From Candidatus Poribacteria bacterium (GTDB lineage Bacteria > Poribacteria > WGA-4E > WGA-3G), in assembly GCA_003635195.1 (NCBI GenBank), contig PYIY01000190.1, forward strand, positions 8,919 through 72,918: 64,000 nt of DNA. Direction: 5' to 3'. The translations under genes were made by a program, and so were the position numbers. A model generated the notes under the pieces. It did no database searches and was not told the origin of the DNA. It worked only from the letters and a program-made list of their open reading frames with translations. Of this stretch, positions 21,601 through 29,312 are shown in pieces. The number at the start of each line of letters is the position of its first letter. Within the stretch, counting starts at the first letter, position 1.

Positions 21601-22813
21601 TGGTCCCTTGGACACGCTCGACTGGCAACGTATTGCTACCGGGCTGAACCAACCGCTTGGGCTTAAAATTGTCGGACAGCAGATTTACGTTGTCGGACGC
21701 GACCAGATCACCCGCCTCGTTGATCTCAACGCAGACGGCGAAACCGACTTCTACGAGAATTTTAACAATGACACCTACAACAGTGAACACTTCCACGAGC
21801 AGGTTATGGACCTGCAGACCGATGCAGTGGGTAACTTCTACTACATGAAATCTGCCCGACATGCACTGCCTGCGCAACACCCGCACCACGGCACACTCAT
21901 TCGAGTGTCGCCGGATGGGGAACAGTCTACTGTAATCGCTTACGGATTTCGCGCATCAAACGGGCTTGGAATCGGTCCCGGTCCTACGTTCTACGGTACA
22001 GATCAGGAAGGCTACTGGATGCCTGCCAACCGCCTGAACCGTATCACTGTTCCGGGTAGATTCTACGGGAACCGCTGGGGTTGGTATCCACCGAGCGAAC
22101 CGACAGACAGCTATGAGCCGCCCCTCTGCTGGATCGCTCCCTTCGTTGACCGATCCCCGGCGGCACCGGTTTGGATTCCCGCCGGTACCTGGGGGAAAAT
22201 GGGCGATTCGCTACTCTCGCTGAGTTACGGCACTGGAAAAGTATACGCTGTCCTTCAGCACCAAACAGAGGCAACTGTACAAGGCGCACTCACCGAGCTC
22301 GGTGTGGAGCTGCCTACTGGAGTGATGCGTGGAAGATTCCATCAGATCAGTGGAGACCTCTATCTCGTGGGTCTATTCGGCTGGTCGTCCAACAAACAAG
22401 AAGATACCGGTTTCTACCGGATCCGCATGACTGGTACCCCCCTCCGAACCCCTAAATCGTTCCGTGCTGTCAGCGGTGGATTAATCATCAATTTCTACAC
22501 ACCGCTTTCACCGGAGTCCGCCCAAAATCCAGAGAACTGGCGGGTGCAAAGTTGGGAATATCGCTGGACTGAACACTACGGTTCGCCACAGCTTAAGCGT
22601 TCCGGCGAGGAGGGTAGGGACATCCACCCTGTCCAATCTGCAACGCTCTCCGAGGATGGCAAAACCGTTTTCCTCAAAATTCCAAGCCTGACACCTACAA
22701 TGCAGTTCCACGTCAACATCACGGGCAGCTTCGCAGACGGCATCCCCTTGGATTGCTATCTGCACGGCACAATACACACCCTCGAAGATGGACATAGCAC
22801 GGAAGCTCCGTAG
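18698..22813 (+). CDS. giant secreted multidomain protein (ThuA-like N-domain, LamG/concanavalin-like domain, beta-propeller-like C-region)
   Basis: 1371 aa. Hydrophobic leader, then ThuA-like PHLVFVVGENEYRSE...TTMGHPEDF. LamG-type LIGHWRFNEGSG...LDDLHLYNRALSPDEM. The C-terminal region resembles the membrane-bound dehydrogenase domain of Planctomycetes and Verrucomicrobia. Confidence 0.65.
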   Translation: MSSSCFPFNVSAPSAKRISIYLLDLLFALCIFTSIGHAQPHLVFVVGENEYRSEVTMPALAQVLADHYGFRTTLLRDDVLQGGEANNINGLEALETADLLVLYLRFRQLPEAQLALLQKYIDRGGPIVAFRTTTHAFAYEENDQQAVWWNNFGARELGAPWIYHYGHEASTDATIVGSHPILTGVSPAFHVRSWTYHVRPDYPPKDAQVLVQGRPVFPEGERGGAETVNPVAWTHTHSGGGRVFTTTMGHPEDFRVSDFRRLVVNGIYWCLNREAPRRYPPGWRVKTGQPWRDMDYGPYLSTAVAANPNNLTYKGLVIPLTPDLASGAVVFDTDLLRYSAGWIDGLIDFVDVAYNGWHQSFPSIEGKLLWENPVGPGWAKNGSFEDTRTVPFGPLPKDWAHWKGLYLHGNHVVLSYTVGTRSVLETPSLESGEKGFAFARTFHLGPSASSALVRIATFRAGEVCALHEFQRGTGVALCPPGAAPGAQGSLFAALIDAPKGARWTVKDELRVRFPPSEQAISAKILIAPVIQDTLELDVWTQFVETSPPVVDLTKLIRGGPQRWPEKLVTVGDIDIQQQLKVETLKINAETATWDFKKDGYLPTVLSIDNLSPVLGDVGRADQCIAVLRPPTKTTQSASAGEQKSDAALIGHWRFNEGSGSHAVSTPPAEAAIVLDGVRWEAGQSGGSLAFNGGAEARFDENLALDFDTTDLTFAAWISTENDGTIFAESLEASEWVPNGKTFFIRDGNLTFDVGWVGVIGGAAGGGQSVDDGTWHHVGLTWRHQSGAVTLFLDGEIAAKGILKPEAPLEDDVWRLGFTASDFPEESPWFEGQLDDLHLYNRALSPDEMHTLYQRLREPPLIAAALVEPIAGAKWRVDTERISLDQPADTTASVLIWEGSESKLPDFARLAANDGLDPGQPFAIDKINWPAQNPWASWLRFGGFDFFPDGNRAALSTWNGDVWTVTGLNGPLDTLDWQRIATGLNQPLGLKIVGQQIYVVGRDQITRLVDLNADGETDFYENFNNDTYNSEHFHEQVMDLQTDAVGNFYYMKSARHALPAQHPHHGTLIRVSPDGEQSTVIAYGFRASNGLGIGPGPTFYGTDQEGYWMPANRLNRITVPGRFYGNRWGWYPPSEPTDSYEPPLCWIAPFVDRSPAAPVWIPAGTWGKMGDSLLSLSYGTGKVYAVLQHQTEATVQGALTELGVELPTGVMRGRFHQISGDLYLVGLFGWSSNKQEDTGFYRIRMTGTPLRTPKSFRAVSGGLIINFYTPLSPESAQNPENWRVQSWEYRWTEHYGSPQLKRSGEEGRDIHPVQSATLSEDGKTVFLKIPSLTPTMQFHVNITGSFADGIPLDCYLHGTIHTLEDGHSTEAP

Positions 22814-22814
22814 C

Positions 22815-22837
22815 GGGTTTTTGCTTGGGTGTTTCTT
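22815..22837 (+). repeat. short copy of GTTTTTGCTTGGGTGTTTC repeat module
   Basis: gggtttttgcttgggtgtttctt lies directly after the stop codon at 22813. Confidence 0.55.
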
Positions 22838-22899
22838 ATAGCGTTACCCAGTCTTCATTTCGGTTTGACAATTTGAAACATTTCGGATACCCTATTGAT

Positions 22900-23721
22900 A
22901 TGTCAACAACCACCCAGAAAAAAACGATTCAACCGACTGGAAATTTCCGTGCCATTCCTGTTGAAGTGCCGGAGAACCTCATCAACATCCGAGTCATTCT
23001 CTTTGAACCGCGTGAGCCGGGAAATATCGGCGCTGTTGCCAGAGTTGTCAAGGGTATGGGACTGTCGCAGTTGTATCTGGTAAATCCTGTGCCGTTCCAA
23101 GACGTAGATGCAGCGTGGTACATGGCACACGGTGCGAAGGATATTCTTGAAAACTGCCATGTCGTTCCCGAACTGAAAGACGCGCTTGACGGTATCCAAT
23201 ATCTGGTAGGGACAACACACCGTCGCCGAGATGTTCGTCTGCCACAACCTGTGCCTGCAAGAGATGCCGCGCAGACCGTCGCCACAATTTCACAAGACAA
23301 ACAGGTCGCACTGCTATTTGGACGTGAAGATTTCGGTTTGTCTACCGATCAGATAAGCCTCTGCCAATTGACAGCAAGCGTGCCGATGGCGACCAAAAAT
23401 CCGTCTCTGAATCTCGCACAAGCCGTCCAAATCTTCGCTTATGAGGTTTTCGTTGCGAGTCTCAACGAGTACCCGCCAGCCGAGATTGACTACGCCGAGG
23501 TGAACGCCTTGGAAGAGTTCTACGAGCGCATCACACGTTTGTTGGATAAAGTCGGAGTAATTCCGTATAACCAAGACTGGGAGACGTATCTAAAGTCATT
23601 GCGGCGCGTCTTCTCACGCGCGCCATTAGAGGCACGCGACATCGCTACACTGGACATGATTTTCTCTACAACGTTTCGCTACATTGAGCGACTTGAAAAG
23701 GAGTTAGACGAGGACTGCTGA
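22900..23721 (+). CDS. trmJ: SpoU-family tRNA 2'-O-methyltransferase, TrmJ-like
   Basis: IRVILFEPREPGNIGAVARVVKGMGL, LLFGREDFGLS and SLNLAQAVQIFAYEV parallel E. coli TrmJ over the full length. I prefer the ATG at 22900 over the track start at 22825. Confidence 0.8.
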   Translation: MSTTTQKKTIQPTGNFRAIPVEVPENLINIRVILFEPREPGNIGAVARVVKGMGLSQLYLVNPVPFQDVDAAWYMAHGAKDILENCHVVPELKDALDGIQYLVGTTHRRRDVRLPQPVPARDAAQTVATISQDKQVALLFGREDFGLSTDQISLCQLTASVPMATKNPSLNLAQAVQIFAYEVFVASLNEYPPAEIDYAEVNALEEFYERITRLLDKVGVIPYNQDWETYLKSLRRVFSRAPLEARDIATLDMIFSTTFRYIERLEKELDEDC

Positions 23722-23729
23722 CTTTCAGG

Positions 23730-23787
23730 AGCATAGGAAACCTTTAGTTCCCTGTATTTGTAGCATAGGAAACCATTAGTCTCCTGT
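23730..23787 (+). repeat. two 26-nt direct repeats spaced 32 nt apart
   Basis: agcataggaaacctttagttccctgt (23730-23755) and agcataggaaaccattagtctcctgt (23762-23787) differ at 3 positions. Confidence 0.6.
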
Positions 23788-23907
23788 GCAGATGTTCGAT
23801 GAAAACACCATACGAAACAGACAGAAGTTGTCCAAACTTTAGTGAGATTAGGACGCAATAATTTAATTTCTGATATAATGTTTAGGACTTACGCATTTCC
23901 TCTTAAA

Positions 23908-23946
23908 GTCCCCCTAATAAGGGGGATTTAGGGGGTTAAAAACACT
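23908..23946 (+). repeat. copy of CCCCC-TAATAA-GGGGG hairpin repeat
   Basis: gtccccctaataagggggatttagggggttaaaaacac has the same hairpin architecture as 10904 and 44982. Confidence 0.55.
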
Positions 23947-24038
23947 GAAATAACGATTTTTGGGTAAAATGTGTCCCCTTTCTACTCAATTTGCATCCAT
24001 CCTGATGTTATAATTTTTTGAACAGTGGTCATAGAAAA

Positions 24039-25640
24039 ATGAAAACATTTAATACCTTCGGTCCCGTGAATCCTCAAGAACATTACGTCGTCTCACGCGA
24101 AGCGGAACTCGCTGATTTTATCAAACGCGTCAAACTGGGGCGGTATATCGTTATCTTCGCACCTCGACAAACTGGCAAAACTACATTTTTCCAATGGGCT
24201 CTTGATGCCCTCGCCGCCGATACCACAGAAACCTACTTCCCAATTGAAGTTAATTTTGAAGTATATGAAGACTACACCGCGCCCGATTTTTATGCCTCAC
24301 TCTATCAAAGCATTTATGAGGAGATTAAATGTGTCTTCAAGAAACGCGGACGTGTGCTATCTGAAACTCTGAGCCAATTCTTGGAGAACACGAGGTTAAC
24401 CGATCACGTTGCAATGCTCAGATTTTTTCAACAGTTCGCAAATTTTCTCGGAGATGAGAAACTTGTCCTCATTATTGACGAGTTTGATGGTATTCCTCAA
24501 GATGCTTTGCGTGGTTTCCTTCGGTCACTCCGCAGTATCTATGTGCAGCGTTCTATGCGTAAATGCCCTTATAGTGTCGGTATTGTAGGTGTTAAGAACG
24601 TTACGCAACTCAATCTGGACCGTTCTATTTCGCCGTTCAATATCCAAGACGAGTTCATTTTGCCCAACTTCACGCTTGATCAGGTCCACGAGCTGCTTGC
24701 AAAGTATACCGATGAGGTCGGTCAAGCTTTCGCGCCTGAAGTTGTCGAGAGTATCCACAGACAAACCGCCGGACAACCCTTCCTCGTTAACCGATTCGCA
24801 CAGATTCTGACAGAGGAGATGGCCATCCCGAAAAATGAAACGATCCAAATATCACACTTCGCAGAAGCACATACGCAACTCCTTGAAGAAACAAACGTCA
24901 ATATCAACCACCTGGTAACCAATATCCGCAGAAATCCTCGTTTTGAAATCATCCTGATGCGAATCGCCTCTTACGAAAGCGGCACCCGCTTCAATCCACA
25001 CGACGAAATCATTAGTGAACTCGCCACTTACCGTGTCATCACAAAAGGGGCCGACAGGATGTGTGAGATCCTCAACCCGATATATCAGCAGCATATCATG
25101 CAGGCGTTCAAACCGCTTGTCAATGGGTTGGAGCACGAGTATTTTCCCGAGGATACCTATCAAGGTTTGGTTGATTATCTAACCTCTGCAGGTCAGATTA
25201 AAATGGACTCGCTCCTTGACAACTTCCGAGATTTTATTACGCGTGCAGGCATTCGGATCCTATTAGTGCCGGATACGCCAAAGGAATTTGTCGGTCAGCA
25301 TCTTCTCTATGCGTATCTGGATCAATGCGTCCAATTAATACAGGGACATATCTACCTTGAAGGGCAAACTGGGCGCGGCAAAATTGATCTCTCGATTTTC
25401 CACAACGCCAAAAAATACATCGTTGAGACCAAGATATGGGAGGGGCCCCGGTCCTATCAGGCTGGCAAAAAACAACTCGCAGCATATCTCAAACTGGAGG
25501 GTGTAAATGAAGGATACTACGTCGTCTTTGATCATCGTGCCGAGCCAGAACCTCGCGTAGAAACAGAGACAATAGACGGTTTGACAATCCGGAGTTACGT
25601 CATACCTGTTGTCCAAGAAGCCCCTTCACAACAGGGATAA
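24039..25640 (+). CDS. P-loop AAA-type ATPase fused to a C-terminal PD-(D/E)XK nuclease-like domain
   Basis: Walker A FAPRQTGKTT, Walker B LVLIIDEFD, and a C-terminal GKIDLSIF...YIVETKIW (D...E.K) motif. I prefer the ATG at 24039 (MKTFNTFGPVNP). Confidence 0.7.
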   Translation: MKTFNTFGPVNPQEHYVVSREAELADFIKRVKLGRYIVIFAPRQTGKTTFFQWALDALAADTTETYFPIEVNFEVYEDYTAPDFYASLYQSIYEEIKCVFKKRGRVLSETLSQFLENTRLTDHVAMLRFFQQFANFLGDEKLVLIIDEFDGIPQDALRGFLRSLRSIYVQRSMRKCPYSVGIVGVKNVTQLNLDRSISPFNIQDEFILPNFTLDQVHELLAKYTDEVGQAFAPEVVESIHRQTAGQPFLVNRFAQILTEEMAIPKNETIQISHFAEAHTQLLEETNVNINHLVTNIRRNPRFEIILMRIASYESGTRFNPHDEIISELATYRVITKGADRMCEILNPIYQQHIMQAFKPLVNGLEHEYFPEDTYQGLVDYLTSAGQIKMDSLLDNFRDFITRAGIRILLVPDTPKEFVGQHLLYAYLDQCVQLIQGHIYLEGQTGRGKIDLSIFHNAKKYIVETKIWEGPRSYQAGKKQLAAYLKLEGVNEGYYVVFDHRAEPEPRVETETIDGLTIRSYVIPVVQEAPSQQG

Positions 25641-25657
25641 CGCTGAGGAAAAAACCT

Positions 25658-25861
25658 GTGAAAGATAAAATACTTGAGGAAATTGAGGCAATCGCAAAAG
25701 CAGTGGGTGAATGCTCTATTGAAGATGTGACGCGTCGTGGTATGGATGCGCTTGAAAAAGAGCTTAATCCAGTTGAAATCAGTCGCTTTATTGTCGAATT
25801 ACGACGGATAAAATCAGGTTACCTAAAATCCAAGGTCGGTTCCCAATTGATAAATCAGTGA
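25658..25861 (+). CDS. hypothetical small protein (67 aa)
   Basis: GTG-initiated ORF 17 nt after the ATPase-nuclease gene on the same strand. I recognised no motif. Confidence 0.3.
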   Translation: MKDKILEEIEAIAKAVGECSIEDVTRRGMDALEKELNPVEISRFIVELRRIKSGYLKSKVGSQLINQ

Positions 25862-26002
25862 AATGGATTTGAAATAAATAATTGAGTGGACCGACAAGAA
25901 ATTAGAGATTCAACTTGAAATTCTTGGGTGTACTAACGTATCATATATGTAAGGAATCTAAACAGTCTTGTAAGTACGAAGTGTTCATGAAACAGGCGAA
26001 AA

Positions 26003-29000
26003 ATGCGATACATCAAACCCATCGTTTGGCTCATCTTTATCTTTTCCGGTGCCAGTGGACTCATCTATCAAGTCATCTGGATGCGGCAGCTCACGCTCAT
26101 CTTCGGTAGCACCGTCTTCGCAACGAGCACCGTCCTCACAGCGTTCATGGGTGGACTCGCGCTCGGCAGCTACTACTTCGGGAAGAAGATTGACGAAAGC
26201 ACAGAATCACCGCTACGCATCTACGCACTTCTTGAAGCCGGTATCGGGGCATTCTGCCTCGTTTGGCCACTCATCTTAACCGTACTCGGCGCACTCTATG
26301 TCCTAATTCATCGCAATATCACATCAGAATTCTATACGCTCTCGCTTATCCGATTCGTGCTAACGTTCGGTGTCCTGTTAATTCCGTCTACGTTGATGGG
26401 CGGTACGTTACCAGTGCTAACCCGTTTCTTCGTGAAAAGATTGGAGCAGCTTGGCACAAACATCGGAATCCTCTATGCACTGAACACATTCGGCGCAGTC
26501 ATTGGGACTGTTGCAGCAGGATTTTTCCTGATTGAGGCCTTGGGTATCCGATGGACACTCGGCGTTGGCATCGCTATCAATTTCGTAGTAGCAGCGATTG
26601 CGATAGTGTTAGCACGGAAGGCGTTAGCAACAGAAGCAGACGAACCTCAAGAAGAAACACAACAACTGGAGTCTGAAGATGTCACGCATCAACCTGAGAG
26701 ACTTCTCGTACTGTGGGCAATAGGCATTTCAGGCTTCTGTGCTTTGGCTTATGAGGTATTGTGGACTCGCATCATGGTCTTTTTCCTCGGCAGTACGACT
26801 TACGCCTTTGCAACAATGCTTGCGGCGTTCTTATTCGGCATCGCTTTGGGAAGCATGGTGCTTGCACGCTGGGTTGATCGGATCAAACAGCCTGTCGCAA
26901 TTTTCGGGATCATCCAACTCGGTATCGGGGTGTTCGCGCTGATACTCATGCCAGCGTTTGAGGAGTTGTACGCGATGAGTCGCGCCTTCCAATCCACTTT
27001 CGGTGGCAGCAGATTCTGGACATTCTTTTCCTGTTTCCTGGTGATGTGTCTGCCGACATTTCTGATGGGGGCGAGTTTTCCGCTGGTAACGAAAATCTAC
27101 ACCGGTAGTGCGCGTCAACTCGGTAAAAGCATCGGAAACGTCTATGCGGTCAACACGGTCGGGAGCATTTTAGGATCATTCTGTGCAGGGTTTATTCTGA
27201 TTCCGCTCTTAGGCATCCGGCCGAGTATTGTCTTAACAGTAGCCTTGAACTCAGGCATCGGATGTTTGCTTATCTTGAAAAACAGATGGCAGACCGAGAC
27301 CGGAAAATCACTGCTACAAGGGGTAGGGATCGGGATGCCGCTCCTCAACGCAGGGTTAGCAGTGATCCTATTGCTCACGGTGAATCAACCGCTTTTTTTG
27401 AAGAGCGCGATCTTCAAAACCCAACGTCCCGGCGATACGCTTGTTGATTACAATGAAGAAGTGGATGCCACGGTAACGACCTTAAAAGACGATGAAGGGG
27501 TCTATCGCCTTTATGTTGATACAAATCAGGCAGCGGATGCCTCGCGGTGGGATTCGCCATCGCATCGCGTCATCGCACATCTGCCGCTGTTACTACACCC
27601 ACGCCCAAAACGCGCACTCGTCGTCGGGTTCGGGATGGGACTCACCTCGTATTCAATAACCCAGCACGGTGTGCAGGTCGATGCAATAGAGTTGTCGAGC
27701 GGCGTACTCTCCGCAGCACGCGAATATTTTACGCATATCAACGGAAATGTGTTTGAAAGTCCACTGTTTAACTACAAACTCAACGATGGACGCAACCACA
27801 TCCTGATGACAAAAACGAAATACGATATGATCTCGACAGGTATTATCCATCCGCTTGTCAGTGCCGGGAGTTCCAACATCTACACCGCGGATTTTTACCG
27901 CTTGTGTCGTAGAATTCTCACAGAAGACGGTATCATGTGTCAATGGGTACCGTTGCATCGGCTGCCAGAGGAACACTATAAAATGATTGTCCGCACGTTC
28001 ATTGAGGTGTTCCCTGAGACAACGCTCTGGTATAAATATACACCCGATTTCGTGATTCTCATCGGGACGCGTGAACCGCTCCAAATCAATTACAAAAACT
28101 TCATTGCCCGTGCCCAGATAGCGAATATCCGCGAAGGTCTCGCCGCAGATGATTTGGACGGCATGTCGCTACTCGATTCATTTATGATGGGGCCGGAGAC
28201 AGTGCGCAAATACGTCGGTGCTGGACCGATCCATACAGACAATCGTCCGCGGTTGGAATTCTTCCATGGCGCAGATCTCGTAGCCACGACAACCCAAAAC
28301 GTCAAAGGTATGGCTGAATATCGGGAACGCGTGCGGCCGTATCTCACAAACTATGGAGCAACACTCGCGGAGCAAAAGACAACTCGTGAAAAATTGGATA
28401 CCTACTTTAAAGCCACCGAGAAATTAATCCTTGGACAGATCGCTTACGCGCGTGGACAGTACCAAAACGCTGCGAACCTCATGAACGAAGCAGTAGCAAT
28501 CAATCCGGTTGACGAAACAATTCGCTATAATTTCGGGATCGTCTCAGGTTTGATTCGCGAAGGCGATCAGGAAGAACTTAGACGGATGCAGCAAGAAATC
28601 CAGCGGACAATGGCGCAAAATCCTGACGACTTTGAAGGGCATCTACACTTGGGAATCTTATTTGAGAAACAAGGTGAACTTGGAAAAGCATCGAGCGAAC
28701 TTGAAGAATTCCTCAGACACGAACCGAGTAGATCGGATGTCTACCTAATCCTGGGACCGCTTTATCAACGCCAAGGACGCTACAAAGAAGCACTGCGCAC
28801 ATACAAACGCTTAGAACAACAGGAGCCTGAATTACCTATTCCGATTCTTGCTGCGATGTCCCAACTCCACTTGATACTCGAAGATACGGATGAAGCCGAA
28901 AAATACGGGCAAAAAGCCATTGCGGCAGACCCCAATTCGTGGCGTGCCCATTACTTCCTCGGAAACGTTTACGCCGCCACGGATCAACAGCAAAAACAGA

Positions 29001-29131
29001 TAGAACACTATGACTACGCGTTAAACGCACTTGATAAAATCATCCAGAATACTCCAAATTCAAGTGATTTACAGAACTTACAGATTGAAAGAGAACAGAT
29101 CCAAAATGAACTGGAAAAACTAAAAAAATAA
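26003..29131 (+). CDS. fused polytopic membrane domain / spermidine synthase-like methyltransferase fold / TPR-repeat protein
   Basis: 1042 aa. N-terminus FSGASGLIYQVIWMRQLTLIFG with about 12 TM helices. Central spermidine-synthase-like VVGFGMGLT...LNDGRN...DMI...IH. The C-terminal TPR repeats include GELGKASSELEEFLRHEP and GRYKEALRTYKRLEQ. Confidence 0.8.
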   Translation: MRYIKPIVWLIFIFSGASGLIYQVIWMRQLTLIFGSTVFATSTVLTAFMGGLALGSYYFGKKIDESTESPLRIYALLEAGIGAFCLVWPLILTVLGALYVLIHRNITSEFYTLSLIRFVLTFGVLLIPSTLMGGTLPVLTRFFVKRLEQLGTNIGILYALNTFGAVIGTVAAGFFLIEALGIRWTLGVGIAINFVVAAIAIVLARKALATEADEPQEETQQLESEDVTHQPERLLVLWAIGISGFCALAYEVLWTRIMVFFLGSTTYAFATMLAAFLFGIALGSMVLARWVDRIKQPVAIFGIIQLGIGVFALILMPAFEELYAMSRAFQSTFGGSRFWTFFSCFLVMCLPTFLMGASFPLVTKIYTGSARQLGKSIGNVYAVNTVGSILGSFCAGFILIPLLGIRPSIVLTVALNSGIGCLLILKNRWQTETGKSLLQGVGIGMPLLNAGLAVILLLTVNQPLFLKSAIFKTQRPGDTLVDYNEEVDATVTTLKDDEGVYRLYVDTNQAADASRWDSPSHRVIAHLPLLLHPRPKRALVVGFGMGLTSYSITQHGVQVDAIELSSGVLSAAREYFTHINGNVFESPLFNYKLNDGRNHILMTKTKYDMISTGIIHPLVSAGSSNIYTADFYRLCRRILTEDGIMCQWVPLHRLPEEHYKMIVRTFIEVFPETTLWYKYTPDFVILIGTREPLQINYKNFIARAQIANIREGLAADDLDGMSLLDSFMMGPETVRKYVGAGPIHTDNRPRLEFFHGADLVATTTQNVKGMAEYRERVRPYLTNYGATLAEQKTTREKLDTYFKATEKLILGQIAYARGQYQNAANLMNEAVAINPVDETIRYNFGIVSGLIREGDQEELRRMQQEIQRTMAQNPDDFEGHLHLGILFEKQGELGKASSELEEFLRHEPSRSDVYLILGPLYQRQGRYKEALRTYKRLEQQEPELPIPILAAMSQLHLILEDTDEAEKYGQKAIAADPNSWRAHYFLGNVYAATDQQQKQIEHYDYALNALDKIIQNTPNSSDLQNLQIEREQIQNELEKLKK

Positions 29132-29139
29132 GTAACCTT

Positions 29140-29290
29140 CAGTTGTCGGCCATTGGCTGTCAGAAAGAATGGCTATCGGCTTTCAGTTAAGAGGTTTTTA
29201 ATGAAGTTACGCCCTCTTGCTGACTGCTGACGGCTGATAGTTAACTGCTATTCTTCTGACTACTGATGGCTGATAGCTGACAGCCATCCC
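29140..29290. repeat. inverted pair of heptamer (CTGAnnG/CTGATAG) arrays
   Basis: The left arm ttcagttgtcggccattggctgtcag...ttcagttaagagg opposes the right arm cctcttgctgactgctgacggctgatagttaactgc...gctgatagctgacagccatcc. This forms an imperfect long palindrome between two + strand genes. Confidence 0.6.
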
Positions 29291-29312
29291 TGAGGAGAAC
29301 ACAGAACACACC

